DNA of 48,065 bases from Sphingomonas sp. (lineage in GTDB: Bacteria > Pseudomonadota > Alphaproteobacteria > Sphingomonadales > Sphingomonadaceae). Below, piece after piece: positions 11,604 to 21,484 of the stretch (its first letter is position 1; each line of letters starts with the position of its first letter). The notes beneath the pieces are model-generated. The model was not told the DNA's origin and did no database searches. It saw only the letters and a program-made list of their open reading frames with translations. Both the position numbers and the translations under genes were made by a program. The stretch lies in contig NZ_JBELIE010000004.1 of assembly GCF_042091075.1 (NCBI RefSeq), positions 1-48,065 on the forward strand, read 5' to 3'.

Positions 11604-12181
11604 GCGAGACCAGCGAGGCGGCCACCCGCCGCCGCTGGGTGACGCTGGCGGAGGCGATCGCGGTCGCTGGCCTGCTGATCGGGGCGCTGACGCTTTGGCT
11701 GAACTGGTCCGACAAGCGCGACGAGCGGGCCGCTGCCGCCGCCGCGCGCGAGGCTTCCCGGAGCGAGCGCACGCGCGTCGACTTGGTCGGCAGCGCGCAG
11801 GACGACGGCCGAACGCTGACGCTGCGAGACGAACGGCACGATCTCAGCGAGGCGACGATCGTCTTTCCACGCCCTGTCGGCATACCAGCGCAACATCCGT
11901 CGGGCGACCCGGTCATCCAGGCGGCGTGGTTCGCGCATGAACTGCTGACGATGACCGACGGCGGCCCGGATACCCGGACCGGGCGATTGCCGGTGCTGAT
12001 CACGGTGCATTTCATCGATGGCGATACGCCCCGGAACGCGACTGCGATCTATGACATCATATGGCGGATCGACGGGCGCATGCTGCGCGGTCGTGAGGTG
12101 AAGCTTGAAGGGCTGCGATTGCGCGAGCGCTGCGGCGATCAGGCGGCCCTCGACGCGCTATGGGCGCGACTGAAGCCGTAA
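11600..12181 (+). CDS. Hypothetical single-pass membrane protein
   Basis: MSETSEAATRRRWVTLAE followed by one hydrophobic helix and a soluble domain. ATGA-coupled to the upstream gene. Confidence 0.7.
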   Translation: MSETSEAATRRRWVTLAEAIAVAGLLIGALTLWLNWSDKRDERAAAAAAREASRSERTRVDLVGSAQDDGRTLTLRDERHDLSEATIVFPRPVGIPAQHPSGDPVIQAAWFAHELLTMTDGGPDTRTGRLPVLITVHFIDGDTPRNATAIYDIIWRIDGRMLRGREVKLEGLRLRERCGDQAALDALWARLKP

Positions 12182-12208
12182 ACGACATTCGTTTGCGTAG
12201 GGATCGCG

Positions 12209-12730
12209 CTACACGTCCCGCGCGTAGACGCGATCGTCGCACCAGGTCGCCCCCACCTTGAATCGCCGCTCCGCCACGACGGCGAAGCCCTGGCGCTCGT
12301 AAAAGGCCCGTGCGCGGACGTTATCTGCGAACACGCCCAGCAACATGCGCCGCGCACCGGCGGCGCGTGCATCCGCCAGCGCCTGGGTCATCAGCGCCGC
12401 GCCCAGCCCGGTGCCGCGCGCCGTCGACAGAGTGTAGATACGGCGCAGCTCGATATCGCCGTCGCGGGTGTCGCCAACCTCCTCCGGCGGGGTCAGCAAG
12501 CTGTAGCCGACCGGCGCCCCGCCGACCGGATGTTCGGCCAGCGTAAGTATGCAGCGCGGATCGGCGCTCCACGCCGCGAAATGCTCCGGACGACTCTTCG
12601 CGGCCAGATGCGCGAGGATATCCGCGCCGGCCAGCACCCCGGCGAACGTTTCGAGGAAGCTGGCCTGCGCGACCAGCGCGACCGCGGCGGCATCGTCCGC
12701 CGATGCACGCCGCAGTCGCGAGATCGTCAT
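12209..12730 (-). CDS. GNAT family N-acetyltransferase
   Basis: ELRRIY, ARGTGLGAALM (acetyl-CoA motif A), LGVFADNVRARAFYERQGF. TAATG overlap with ndk. Confidence 0.88.
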   Translation of the reverse strand: MTISRLRRASADDAAAVALVAQASFLETFAGVLAGADILAHLAAKSRPEHFAAWSADPRCILTLAEHPVGGAPVGYSLLTPPEEVGDTRDGDIELRRIYTLSTARGTGLGAALMTQALADARAAGARRMLLGVFADNVRARAFYERQGFAVVAERRFKVGATWCDDRVYARDV

Positions 12731-13152
12731 TAGCCGACGATCTCGTCTGGCCGGAAGAAGTACGCGATCTCGATCGCGGCATTCTCGTCGGAGTCCGAAC
12801 CGTGCACCGAATTCGCCTCGATCGACTCGGCCAGCTCCTTGCGGATTGTGCCCGGCGCGGCATTCTCGGGATTGGTCGCGCCCATGATGTCACGATTGCG
12901 CTGCACGGCGTTCTCGCCTTCCAGCACCTGCACGACCACCGGGCCGGATATCATGAACGAGACCAGGTCGTTGAAGAAGGGACGCTCCTTGTGGACCGCG
13001 TAGAAGCCCTCGGCCTGCTCCTTGGTCATCTGGATACGCTTCGAGGCGACGACGCGCAGGCCCGCTTCCTCCAGCATCTTGGTGACCGCGCCGGTCAGGT
13101 TGCGGCGCGTCGCATCGGGCTTGATGATCGAAAAGGTACGGTTCGCGGCCAT
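12730..13152 (-). CDS. ndk: Nucleoside diphosphate kinase
   Basis: [38 protein letters not shown] at 13152 follows AGGAG. Confidence 0.97.
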   Translation of the reverse strand: MAANRTFSIIKPDATRRNLTGAVTKMLEEAGLRVVASKRIQMTKEQAEGFYAVHKERPFFNDLVSFMISGPVVVQVLEGENAVQRNRDIMGATNPENAAPGTIRKELAESIEANSVHGSDSDENAAIEIAYFFRPDEIVG

Positions 13153-13194
13153 GACGGTCACGGGCTCCTGATAAGGGATTGCGGAAGTGGCGCT

Positions 13195-13223
13195 CCCCTA
13201 GGCGCGGGCGGGGAGCGATGCAA
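13195..13223 (-). promoter_or_regulatory. Putative ndk promoter overlapping an 8-bp inverted repeat
   Basis: TTGCAT-N17-TAGGGG, with the cgctcccc/ggggagcg dyad at 13191-13217. Confidence 0.45.
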
Positions 13224-13229
13224 GCTGCG

Positions 13230-13697
13230 TCACGATCCCGCCGCCTGCTCCCAGCGGCCGGCATCGTTCTGCTTCCAGTAACGCCGCTCGACACCGTCGC
13301 GCGTGGCGAGCGCCCTCCACGCGGCACGCGCCGCGACGATATGATCCTCGTCGAAGAAGTGAAACGCGCGATCGAATGCCAAAGCTTCGTCTCGCCATTC
13401 GCCATCGACCAGCGCGATATGGCGCGCGCCATTCGCTGGTGTGATCGCCCCCGCGATCAGGATCGGCTGATGCGCCGCGAGAACGGCGCCGTTGTCGTCG
13501 CCATCCGCCTCCGCGCGGCCGTGCGGCAGGAAACTGTCGGGCGCGTAGGTCCACAGCAGCCGATCGAGCGCCGCCTGCTGTTCCGCAGACGCCGCCACGA
13601 CCAGCAGTCGCGCGCCCGATGCGACGACCTTCTCCGCGATCTGCGGCAGCGCGCGTTCGAGCGGCATGCGGGTCAGATGATAGAAATCGACCTTCAT
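13230..13697 (-). CDS. holC: DNA polymerase III subunit chi
   Basis: MKVDFYHL, LDRLLWT..PDSFLPHG, QPILI, ARAAWR, YWKQ..GRW. Directly downstream of pepA. Confidence 0.92.
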   Translation of the reverse strand: MKVDFYHLTRMPLERALPQIAEKVVASGARLLVVAASAEQQAALDRLLWTYAPDSFLPHGRAEADGDDNGAVLAAHQPILIAGAITPANGARHIALVDGEWRDEALAFDRAFHFFDEDHIVAARAAWRALATRDGVERRYWKQNDAGRWEQAAGS

Positions 13698-13725
13698 CCC
13701 GCTCTCCGCGCTGCCCGCCCGACCC

Positions 13726-15165
13726 TCAGGCTTCGCAGGTGTCGGCGATGAAGCGGTCGAGCACGCGGACGCCGTATCCGGTCGCCCCCTTCGCCCAGGT
13801 CGCGCCATCCTTGTCCGACCAGACCATGCCCGCGATATCGAGATGCGCCCAGGCGACGCCCTCCTCCACGAAGCGCTGGAGGAATTGCGCGGCGGTGATC
13901 GAGCCGGCGCCGCGCGGACCGACGTTCTTCATATCGGCGATCGGCGAGTCGATCAGCTTGTCGTAGGCGGGCGACAGCGGGAAGCGCCACAATTGGTCAC
14001 CCGAGGCTCGCCCCGCCGCCAGCAATTTGTCCGCGAGCGCGTCGTCGTTGGCGAACAGCCCGCCGAACTCATTGCCCAGGCTGACGATCATCGCGCCGGT
14101 CAGCGTCGCCAGATCGACGATCGTCTTCGGCTGGTGGGTGCGCTGCACCCAGGTGAGGCAGTCGCACAGCACCAGCCGCCCCTCGGCATCGGTGTTGATG
14201 ACTTCGACGGTCTGGCCCGACATGCTGGTGACGACGTCGCCGGGCCGCTGCGCATTGCCGTCGGGCATGTTTTCCACCAGCCCCATGACGCCGATCACAT
14301 TGGCCTTCGCCTTGCGCTTCGCCAGCGACAGCATCGCCCCCGCGACCGCACCGGCGCCGCCCATGTCCCACTTCATGTCTTCCATGCCAGCGGCGGGCTT
14401 GATCGAGATGCCGCCCGTGTCGAACGTCACGCCCTTCCCTACCAGCGCGGTCAACGGCGCGTCACCACCCCCGCTCCACTTCAGCGCCAGGATACGCGGC
14501 GCGCGCGCCGATCCCTGATTGACGCCCAGTAGCGCGCCCATGCCCAGTTCGCCCATCTCACGCTCGGTGAGCACGGTCACCTCCAGCCCGAGGCCGTCCG
14601 TCGCGGCGACGACACGCTCGACGAACGACTCGGGATAGAGGATGTTCGGCGGCAGCGTCGCGAGCAGGCGAGCGAGTGCGACACCCGCCGTTACCGCCTC
14701 ACGCGGCGCCCAGGCACTATCGTCGCCGACCACCGTCAGCGTCGCCAGCGTCGGCTTCTGCTTGTCGGACAGTTTGGTACGATATTCGTCGAACCGCCAG
14801 GCGCGCTGCGCCGCGCCCGCCGCGAAGCGCGCTACCGCGATCGGCTCCGCACCGCCGAGATCGGCGACCGCCTGCGTCACGCCAGACGTCAGCAATCGCG
14901 CGACCAGCGCACCGCCCGCCCGCTCGAACCCGGCATCGTCACCCGTGCCGACGCCCAGCAGCAGGAAGCGGCGGACCGCACCGTCGCTCGCGACGAACGC
15001 TTCCGCGACGCTGCCTGGCTCGCCCTCGAAACGCTGTCCGGCCACGGCGGCGGCGATCACATCGTCGGCACCGGCGACGATCCCCGCGGTCGGCGCATCC
15101 TTGCGGACGGCGATCGCGACGACGGCGGCATCGGCAGGGCGGGAGGCGGCAAACGCAATCTTCAT
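13726..15165 (-). CDS. pepA: Leucyl aminopeptidase (M17)
   Basis: VGKGVTFDTGGISIKP, MKWDMGGA, NTDAEGRL, ATLTGA, HLDIAG. Confidence 0.96.
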   Translation of the reverse strand: MKIAFAASRPADAAVVAIAVRKDAPTAGIVAGADDVIAAAVAGQRFEGEPGSVAEAFVASDGAVRRFLLLGVGTGDDAGFERAGGALVARLLTSGVTQAVADLGGAEPIAVARFAAGAAQRAWRFDEYRTKLSDKQKPTLATLTVVGDDSAWAPREAVTAGVALARLLATLPPNILYPESFVERVVAATDGLGLEVTVLTEREMGELGMGALLGVNQGSARAPRILALKWSGGGDAPLTALVGKGVTFDTGGISIKPAAGMEDMKWDMGGAGAVAGAMLSLAKRKAKANVIGVMGLVENMPDGNAQRPGDVVTSMSGQTVEVINTDAEGRLVLCDCLTWVQRTHQPKTIVDLATLTGAMIVSLGNEFGGLFANDDALADKLLAAGRASGDQLWRFPLSPAYDKLIDSPIADMKNVGPRGAGSITAAQFLQRFVEEGVAWAHLDIAGMVWSDKDGATWAKGATGYGVRVLDRFIADTCEA

Positions 15166-15192
15166 GATCGTTCCTTAGTCTTGTCGTCCGTT

Positions 15193-15221
15193 CCCCTAGA
15201 CCTCGACGCGTGGACTGGCAA
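15193..15221 (-). promoter_or_regulatory. Putative pepA promoter
   Basis: TTGCCA-N17-TAGGGG upstream of an AAGGA ribosome-binding site. Confidence 0.45.
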
Positions 15222-15309
15222 AGCGTTGCAGCCGCGTGCGACCGATGCGATAGGGCCACGGCGCGCGACCGCCGGAAGCGCGCTCGAAAAGGGATGCGAC
15301 AAGAGCGAC

Positions 15310-17610
15310 GTGAGGCGTATCGAATTTCTTGCCGGATGCGCGCTGCCGCTTCTCCTGGCCACCCCGGCGGCGGCACAGTCGCTTCAGGATCGCGATCCCG
15401 GCTTGCTCGCGCCCGTTGATCCGGCCCCGGTCGATCCGGCGTCCCCGGCGCCCGCCGTGCCGGTCGTCACGCCTGCCACCGCGCCCACAGCCGAGGGAGC
15501 GGGCGAGGACCAGGTACAGTTCAGTTCCGATACGCTCGAATATGATTTCGACGCCGACATCGTCACCGCCACCGGGGCGGTGCGCATGACGCGGGAGGGC
15601 GATCGGCTGCGGGCCGATCGGGTCGTCTGGAACCGCAAGACCGGCAAGGTGGTGGCGAACGGCAATGTCGCGGTCACCAACCCCGAGGGCGATGTCGCTT
15701 ATGGTGATTCGATCGAACTGACCGATTCGCTCAAGGACGGCGTCGTCGACAACATGCTCGTCGTCCTCGAACAGGGCGGACGCATGGCGGCGGTGCGCGG
15801 CACCCGCAATCAGGACGGTACGCTGTTCCTCGAGCGCGCGGTCTATTCCCCGTGCGCGGTCTCCCACAGCGACGGTTGCCCGAAGGAACCGACGTGGAAG
15901 ATCACCGCGATCCGCGTCGTCTATCGTCCCCAACGCGAGCGTGTCTATTTTGATGGCGCCCGCATCCACCTCTTCGGTGTGTCGACCCCGCCGCTGCCGC
16001 GATTCAGCGTGCCGATCGGCGGGCGCGGCGATACCGGGCTGTTGACCCCCGGCTTCAACATCACCCGCCTCAACGGGGTGGAAGTGGTGCTGCCGGTCAA
16101 CTTCGCGCTCGGCCCCGACAAGTCGCTGGTGGTGGCGCCGCATATCTTCACGTCCGAACTGCCGATGATCGAGGCGCGCTATCGCCAGCTCACCGAGCTC
16201 GGGGCCTTCTCGATCACCGGCTACGCGACATCAAGCCGGCGCAGCCGTGATCTGAGCGGAGGCTTCACGTCCGAGACCGAGCGCGCCTTCCGTGGCTATC
16301 TCGATGGCGTCGGGCGGTTCCAGTTTGACGAAAACTGGAGCCTGTCCGGATCGTTGCGGCTCGTCACCGATCGCACCTTCCTGCGTCGCTACGATATCTC
16401 CTGGGAAGACCGGCTGCGCAGCACGGTCTCGCTCGAACGGATCGACACCAACAGCTATTTCGCGATCAGCGGCTGGGCGGTGCAGACGTTGCGCGTCGGC
16501 GATCGTCAGGATTTGCAGCCCGTCGCCCTGCCCGAGATCGATTATCGCCGCCGCGTGCCCGATGCGCTGCTGGGCGGAACGCTGCAACTGCAGCTCAACA
16601 CACTGTCGATCGGGCGCAAGTCCGGACAGGACACGCAACGCGCCTTTGCCAGCGCGCGCTGGGACTGGCGCGGGATCACCGTCGCGGGGCAGGAAGTGAC
16701 GCTGACCGCCTATGCCCGCGGTGATGCCTACAACACTACCAATATCGCGGCGACGACGGTAGCGAGCTATCGCGGGCTCGAAGGGTTTCAGACGCGCGGC
16801 ATCGCGGCGCTGGCGGCGGACGTGCGCTGGCCGTTCATCGGCGAGATGTTCGGTGGTTTCCAGCGCTTCTCGCCGCGCGTCCAGCTGGTCGTCACCCCGC
16901 CGACCCGCAATCTCGCCATTCCCAACGAGGATGCCCGGGCGGTCGACCTGGAGGATTCGAACCTCTTCGCGCTCAATCGCTTCCCCGGCTATGATCGTTG
17001 GGAGGATTCGAGCCGGATCACCTATGGCGCGGATTGGGCGCTCGACCTGCCGGGCGTATCGATCTCCACCAATGTCGGGCAGAGCTATCGCCTCAATGCA
17101 CGCCCGTCGATCCTGCCCGACGGCACCGGACTGTCGGACCGGCTGTCGGATATCGTCGGGCGCACCAACGTCCGTATCGGTGATCTGGTCACGTTCACCC
17201 ACCGCTATCGCCTCGACAAGAACAATCTGGCGGTGCGCCGCAACGAGATCGACGCGACCATCGGCTCACGGCGCACCTACGCGCAGATCGGTTATCTGCG
17301 GCTGAACCGGAATATCGATATCCAGGACTTGCAGGACCGTGAGGAACTGCGCGCCGGCGGCCGCGTGGGCATCGGTCGCTTCTGGTCCATATGGGGCTCG
17401 GCGCTGATCGACCTGACCGACCGTGAGGAGGATCCGTTGCTATCCGCGGCGGACGGCTTCACCCCGATCCGGCATCGCATCGGCGTCGCTTATCAGGACG
17501 ATTGCGTCGATTTGGGCATCACGTGGCGCCGCGATTATCAGACGACGGGTGACGCGCGGGCGGGCAACAGCTATCTGTTGACACTTTCCTTCAAGAACCT
17601 CGGTCGCTAA
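15310..17610 (+). CDS. lptD: LptD outer-membrane lipid assembly protein
   Basis: GTG start (MRRIEFLAG..PAAAQ signal peptide), OstA-like N-domain (LRADRV), YSPC...PTWKI, LFALNRFPGYDR, YQDDC, terminal LSFKNLG. Lies upstream of surA-pdxA-rsmA. Confidence 0.9.
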   Translation: MRRIEFLAGCALPLLLATPAAAQSLQDRDPGLLAPVDPAPVDPASPAPAVPVVTPATAPTAEGAGEDQVQFSSDTLEYDFDADIVTATGAVRMTREGDRLRADRVVWNRKTGKVVANGNVAVTNPEGDVAYGDSIELTDSLKDGVVDNMLVVLEQGGRMAAVRGTRNQDGTLFLERAVYSPCAVSHSDGCPKEPTWKITAIRVVYRPQRERVYFDGARIHLFGVSTPPLPRFSVPIGGRGDTGLLTPGFNITRLNGVEVVLPVNFALGPDKSLVVAPHIFTSELPMIEARYRQLTELGAFSITGYATSSRRSRDLSGGFTSETERAFRGYLDGVGRFQFDENWSLSGSLRLVTDRTFLRRYDISWEDRLRSTVSLERIDTNSYFAISGWAVQTLRVGDRQDLQPVALPEIDYRRRVPDALLGGTLQLQLNTLSIGRKSGQDTQRAFASARWDWRGITVAGQEVTLTAYARGDAYNTTNIAATTVASYRGLEGFQTRGIAALAADVRWPFIGEMFGGFQRFSPRVQLVVTPPTRNLAIPNEDARAVDLEDSNLFALNRFPGYDRWEDSSRITYGADWALDLPGVSISTNVGQSYRLNARPSILPDGTGLSDRLSDIVGRTNVRIGDLVTFTHRYRLDKNNLAVRRNEIDATIGSRRTYAQIGYLRLNRNIDIQDLQDREELRAGGRVGIGRFWSIWGSALIDLTDREEDPLLSAADGFTPIRHRIGVAYQDDCVDLGITWRRDYQTTGDARAGNSYLLTLSFKNLGR

Positions 17611-17686
17611 GCCTCGGTTCAGCTGTCGTAGACCAGTCATCTTCCGCTCGTGAGACGAGCGCGGGCAACGGGATTTCGAGACAATC

Positions 17687-19060
17687 GTGATGACATATTG
17701 GAAAGGCGCGTCGCTGACCCGCCCCCTCGCACAAGCGGCGCTGGCGACGGCGCTGGCCCTGGGGATCGTCGGCTCCGGCATCGCGCAGACGGTCAGCGAT
17801 CAATCGCTGCCCGACAATACCGGGCTGAACATTCCCGCCAACCTGCAGATTTTCGGCAAGCTTGATCCGAACATCCGCAAGGCCACCGCGATCGTCAACG
17901 ACACCGTCATCACGCAAACCGACGTCGACCAGCGCGTTGCGCTGATCGCTGCGGCGAACGCGGTGAAGCTCAGCGACGAGGATCGCGAACGGCTGCGCTT
18001 CCAGGTGCTGCGCCAGTTGATCGACGAGACGTTGCAGATCCAGCAGGCCAAGACCGCCGATATCACGGTGTCGAAGGAGGAGCTCGACCAGAGCTACGCC
18101 CGCGTCGCCAAGAATTTTAATCGCACGCCGGAACAGTTCGCCGCCTATCTGCGCGATAGCGGATCGTCGGAACGTTCGATCCGTCGCCAGATCGAGGGCG
18201 AGCTGGCGTGGAGCCGTTACCTGCGCCGCCGCGTCGAGCCGTTCGTGAATGTCGGTGACGAGGAAGTGAAAGCGATCCTCGATCGACTGGAGCAGGCGAA
18301 GGGCACCGAGGAATATCACCTCAACGAAATCTATCTGGCCGCCACCCCGGACCGCGAGCAGCAGGTGTTCGCCAATGCGCGGCAGATTATCGCGGAACTC
18401 GGCAAGGGGCAGGCACCGTTCGCCTATTTCGCGCGCAACTTCTCCGAAGCCTCAACGCGCGGCGTCGGCGGCGATCTCGGCTGGGTGCGCGCGGCGCAAT
18501 TGCCCGAATCACTGTCGAAAGTGGCGTTGAGCATGCAGGTCGGCCAGGTCGCCGGGCCGGTGCCGACACCGGGCGGCTTCTCGATTCTCTATCTGGTCGA
18601 CAAGCGTCAGGTGTTGACCGCCGACCCCCGCGACGCGCGGCTGAGCCTGAAGCAGCTGACGATCAAATTCCCGCAGGGGACGACGCAGACGCAGGCGACC
18701 GCGCGCACCTCCGCCTTCGCGGCGGCGATCCAGAAGCTGCAGGGCTGCGGTTCGGTGCAGAAGGTGGCCGCCGGCCTGAATGCCGAGGTGGTCGATAACG
18801 ATTCGATCCGCATTCGTGATCTTCCGCCACCGCTGCAGGCGATCATGCTGAAACTGCAGGTGGGTCAGGCGACCCCGCCGTTCGGCTCGCCGACCGAGGG
18901 CGTGCGCACGCTGGTGCTGTGCGGTCGCGACGAAGCGTCGAACGGCCAGTTGCCGGGCGCGGCGCAGATCCAGAGCCAGCTTGAACAGCAGCGCGTCAAC
19001 CTGCGCGCGCAACAGGCGCTACGCGACCTGCGGCGTGATGCGGTGATCGAATATCGCTGA
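17687..19060 (+). CDS. surA: SurA-like periplasmic peptidyl-prolyl isomerase/chaperone
   Basis: Signal peptide, AIVNDTVITQTDV, LIDETLQ.Q.A, ARNFSE...GGDLGWV, LRDLRRDAVIEYR. Confidence 0.88.
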   Translation: MMTYWKGASLTRPLAQAALATALALGIVGSGIAQTVSDQSLPDNTGLNIPANLQIFGKLDPNIRKATAIVNDTVITQTDVDQRVALIAAANAVKLSDEDRERLRFQVLRQLIDETLQIQQAKTADITVSKEELDQSYARVAKNFNRTPEQFAAYLRDSGSSERSIRRQIEGELAWSRYLRRRVEPFVNVGDEEVKAILDRLEQAKGTEEYHLNEIYLAATPDREQQVFANARQIIAELGKGQAPFAYFARNFSEASTRGVGGDLGWVRAAQLPESLSKVALSMQVGQVAGPVPTPGGFSILYLVDKRQVLTADPRDARLSLKQLTIKFPQGTTQTQATARTSAFAAAIQKLQGCGSVQKVAAGLNAEVVDNDSIRIRDLPPPLQAIMLKLQVGQATPPFGSPTEGVRTLVLCGRDEASNGQLPGAAQIQSQLEQQRVNLRAQQALRDLRRDAVIEYR

Positions 19061-19070
19061 TCCCGCCGCG

Positions 19071-20093
19071 ATGCCGACGCCGCCCGCCCCGCCCGCCGCG
19101 CCGATCGTCATCTCGATGGGCGATCCGGCCGGGATCGGCCCGGAGATCATCGCGAAGGCGTGGGAAGCGCGCGGCGATCGCGCGCTCCCCCCGTTCGTCG
19201 CGGTCGGCGATCGTCGGGCGATCCGCGAGGTTTGGTCCGGCCCGGTCACGCCGATCACCGATCTGGCGAGCGTATCGACGATCTTCCCCGACGCGCTGCC
19301 ACTGCTGACCGTCGCCGATGGCGGCGATATCGTGCCGGGCCATCCCGATGGCGACGGCGCGCGCTGCGCGCTGAGGGCGCTGGAGATCGCCACCGGTCTG
19401 GTGCGTTCGGGGGCCGGCCGTGCGCTGGTGACGGGGCCGGTATCCAAGGCACAACTCTACGACATCGGCTTCACGCACCCCGGTCAGACCGAATTCGTCG
19501 CCGAACGATGCGGCATCGCCCCCGACAATGCGGTGATGATGCTCGCCGGACCAGGCCTGCGCGTCGTGCCGATCACCACGCACGTGCCGCTGGCGCGCGT
19601 CTCGTCGCTGTTGTCGGTCGATCTGATCGTCGCGAAGGCACGTGCGACCGCACGTGGGCTGAAACGCAATTTCGGAGTCGACCGTCCCCGCCTCGCCTTC
19701 GCCGGCTTCAATCCGCACGCCGGAGAGAATGGCGCGATCGGGCGAGAGGAGATCGAGGTGATCGCGCCCGCGATCGAGCAGCTTGTGGCCGAGGGGCTGG
19801 ACGCGACCGGCCCCTATGCGGCCGATACGATGTTTCACCCGCGAGCGCGGGAACGCTATGACGCGGCGCTGTGCTGCTATCATGATCAGGCGCTGGTGCC
19901 GCTGAAGACGCTGTATTTTGATGAAGGCGTCAACATGACGTTGGGTCTGCCGATCGTACGCACCTCGCCCGACCATGGTACCGCCTTCGCGCTGGCGGGC
20001 CAGAATTGCGCGCATCCCGGCGCGATGATCGCCGCGATCCTGATGGCGGATGCGGCGGCGGCGCATCGTGCGCGGTGCGCCGTTCCATTGTGA
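19071..20093 (+). CDS. pdxA: 4-hydroxythreonine-4-phosphate dehydrogenase
   Basis: [42 protein letters not shown]. Confidence 0.96.
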   Translation: MPTPPAPPAAPIVISMGDPAGIGPEIIAKAWEARGDRALPPFVAVGDRRAIREVWSGPVTPITDLASVSTIFPDALPLLTVADGGDIVPGHPDGDGARCALRALEIATGLVRSGAGRALVTGPVSKAQLYDIGFTHPGQTEFVAERCGIAPDNAVMMLAGPGLRVVPITTHVPLARVSSLLSVDLIVAKARATARGLKRNFGVDRPRLAFAGFNPHAGENGAIGREEIEVIAPAIEQLVAEGLDATGPYAADTMFHPRARERYDAALCCYHDQALVPLKTLYFDEGVNMTLGLPIVRTSPDHGTAFALAGQNCAHPGAMIAAILMADAAAAHRARCAVPL

Positions 20094-20917
20094 TCGATCC
20101 CGCCGCACTGCCCCCGCTGCGCGAAGTGATCGCGCGCCACGGGCTGTCCGCATCGAAAGCGCTGGGACAGAACTTCCTGTTCGATGCCCAGTTGCTCGGC
20201 CGGATCGCGCGCATCCCCGGTGATATCGCTGGCGCGGAGGTGCTGGAGGTCGGACCGGGGCCGGGCGGCCTCACCCGCGCGCTGCTGGCCCAAGGCGCCC
20301 GCGTCACCGCGATCGAGCGCGACCGGCGCTGTATCCCCGCCCTCGCGGAACTCGCGGCGGCCTATCCCGATCGCTTGCGTGTGATCGAGGGCGATGCCAC
20401 CGAGATCGACGCGAGCAGCCTGTTCGAAGGGGCGCCGCATATCGTGTCGAACCTTCCCTATAATGTCGGCACGGCGTTGCTGATCGGCTGGCTGTCGTCG
20501 GAATGGCTGCCCTGGTGGCAGTCGCTGACGCTGATGTTCCAGCGGGAGGTGGCGGATCGTATCGTCGCCACCCCCGGCACCGATGCCTATGGCCGGCTCG
20601 CGGTGCTGTCGCAGTGGCGCAGCGCGGCGCGGATCGCGATGCCGGTGCATCGCTCGGCGTTCACCCCACCGCCGAAGGTGATGTCGGCGGTGGTGCATAT
20701 CACCCCCCTGCCCGCTCCCGCGGGCGTGGCGCTGCCGGCACTGGAACGGCTGACCGCGGCGGCGTTCGGCCAGCGCCGCAAGATGCTGCGCCAAAGCCTG
20801 CGCGGCTTGCCGGGGGCATTGGCGGCGCTGGAGGCGGAAGGCGTGGAAGCGACACGCCGCGCCGAGACGCTCTCGGTCGCGGAATTCGTCGAGGTAGCGC
20901 GTCGTTTGAGCGCCTGA
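20090..20917 (+). CDS. rsmA: 16S rRNA m6,2A dimethyltransferase (KsgA)
   Basis: [51 protein letters not shown] overlap with pdxA. Confidence 0.96.
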   Translation: MIDPAALPPLREVIARHGLSASKALGQNFLFDAQLLGRIARIPGDIAGAEVLEVGPGPGGLTRALLAQGARVTAIERDRRCIPALAELAAAYPDRLRVIEGDATEIDASSLFEGAPHIVSNLPYNVGTALLIGWLSSEWLPWWQSLTLMFQREVADRIVATPGTDAYGRLAVLSQWRSAARIAMPVHRSAFTPPPKVMSAVVHITPLPAPAGVALPALERLTAAAFGQRRKMLRQSLRGLPGALAALEAEGVEATRRAETLSVAEFVEVARRLSA

Positions 20918-20938
20918 CGTCGCGCTCGCGCCGGAGCG

Positions 20939-21451
20939 TCAGTCCTTCGCGGCAACCCCGACGGTGGTCGTATTTACCCCCACCTGCGCGGTCGTCACCG
21001 GCGGCCCCTTGGCGATCACCGTCGCCAGCGTCGTCGCCTGCGGACAGGCGCCCTTGCACAGGGTCTTCACGCGCGTGAGGTTCTGGCGCGCGCGCTCCAC
21101 CGCGCCTTTCGCGACCATCGCCTCCCCCTGCCCGGTCAGCGCATCGATATCATTGGGCTCCAGCAACAGCGCCTCACGATACAGCCGGATCGCCTTGCCG
21201 GGCAGGCCGCGCGCTTCCGCGACACTGGCGAGCGCGATAAACGCCTGGCGGTTGCGCGGGTCGACCGTCACCGCTGTTTCGAGCAAATCGGTCGCACCGT
21301 CGAGATTGCCCGCCGCCTGGGCAGCCTTGCCTTGCTGCAGCAGCGCGAGACTACGCGCGTCGATCTGATCGTCGGGGCGCTGGCCGTGAAGCGAGGTCGA
21401 TATCGACACCAGCGCAAGCGAGGCGGCGATGGCGACCGGGGTGAAACGCAT
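20939..21451 (-). CDS. Exported tetratricopeptide repeat protein
   Basis: Signal peptide [15 protein letters not shown]-like units ([21 protein letters not shown]) and C-terminal CKGAC. Alternative start at 21481. Confidence 0.75.
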   Translation of the reverse strand: MRFTPVAIAASLALVSISTSLHGQRPDDQIDARSLALLQQGKAAQAAGNLDGATDLLETAVTVDPRNRQAFIALASVAEARGLPGKAIRLYREALLLEPNDIDALTGQGEAMVAKGAVERARQNLTRVKTLCKGACPQATTLATVIAKGPPVTTAQVGVNTTTVGVAAKD

Positions 21452-21484
21452 GAACGGCTCCAACTTCGACACGATCGTCATGGA

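Noticed and set aside
15409-15438. Short tandem repeat encoding APVDP-APVDP in lptD
   Set aside because: Two imperfect in-frame units in a Pro-rich linker, not a phase-variable tract.
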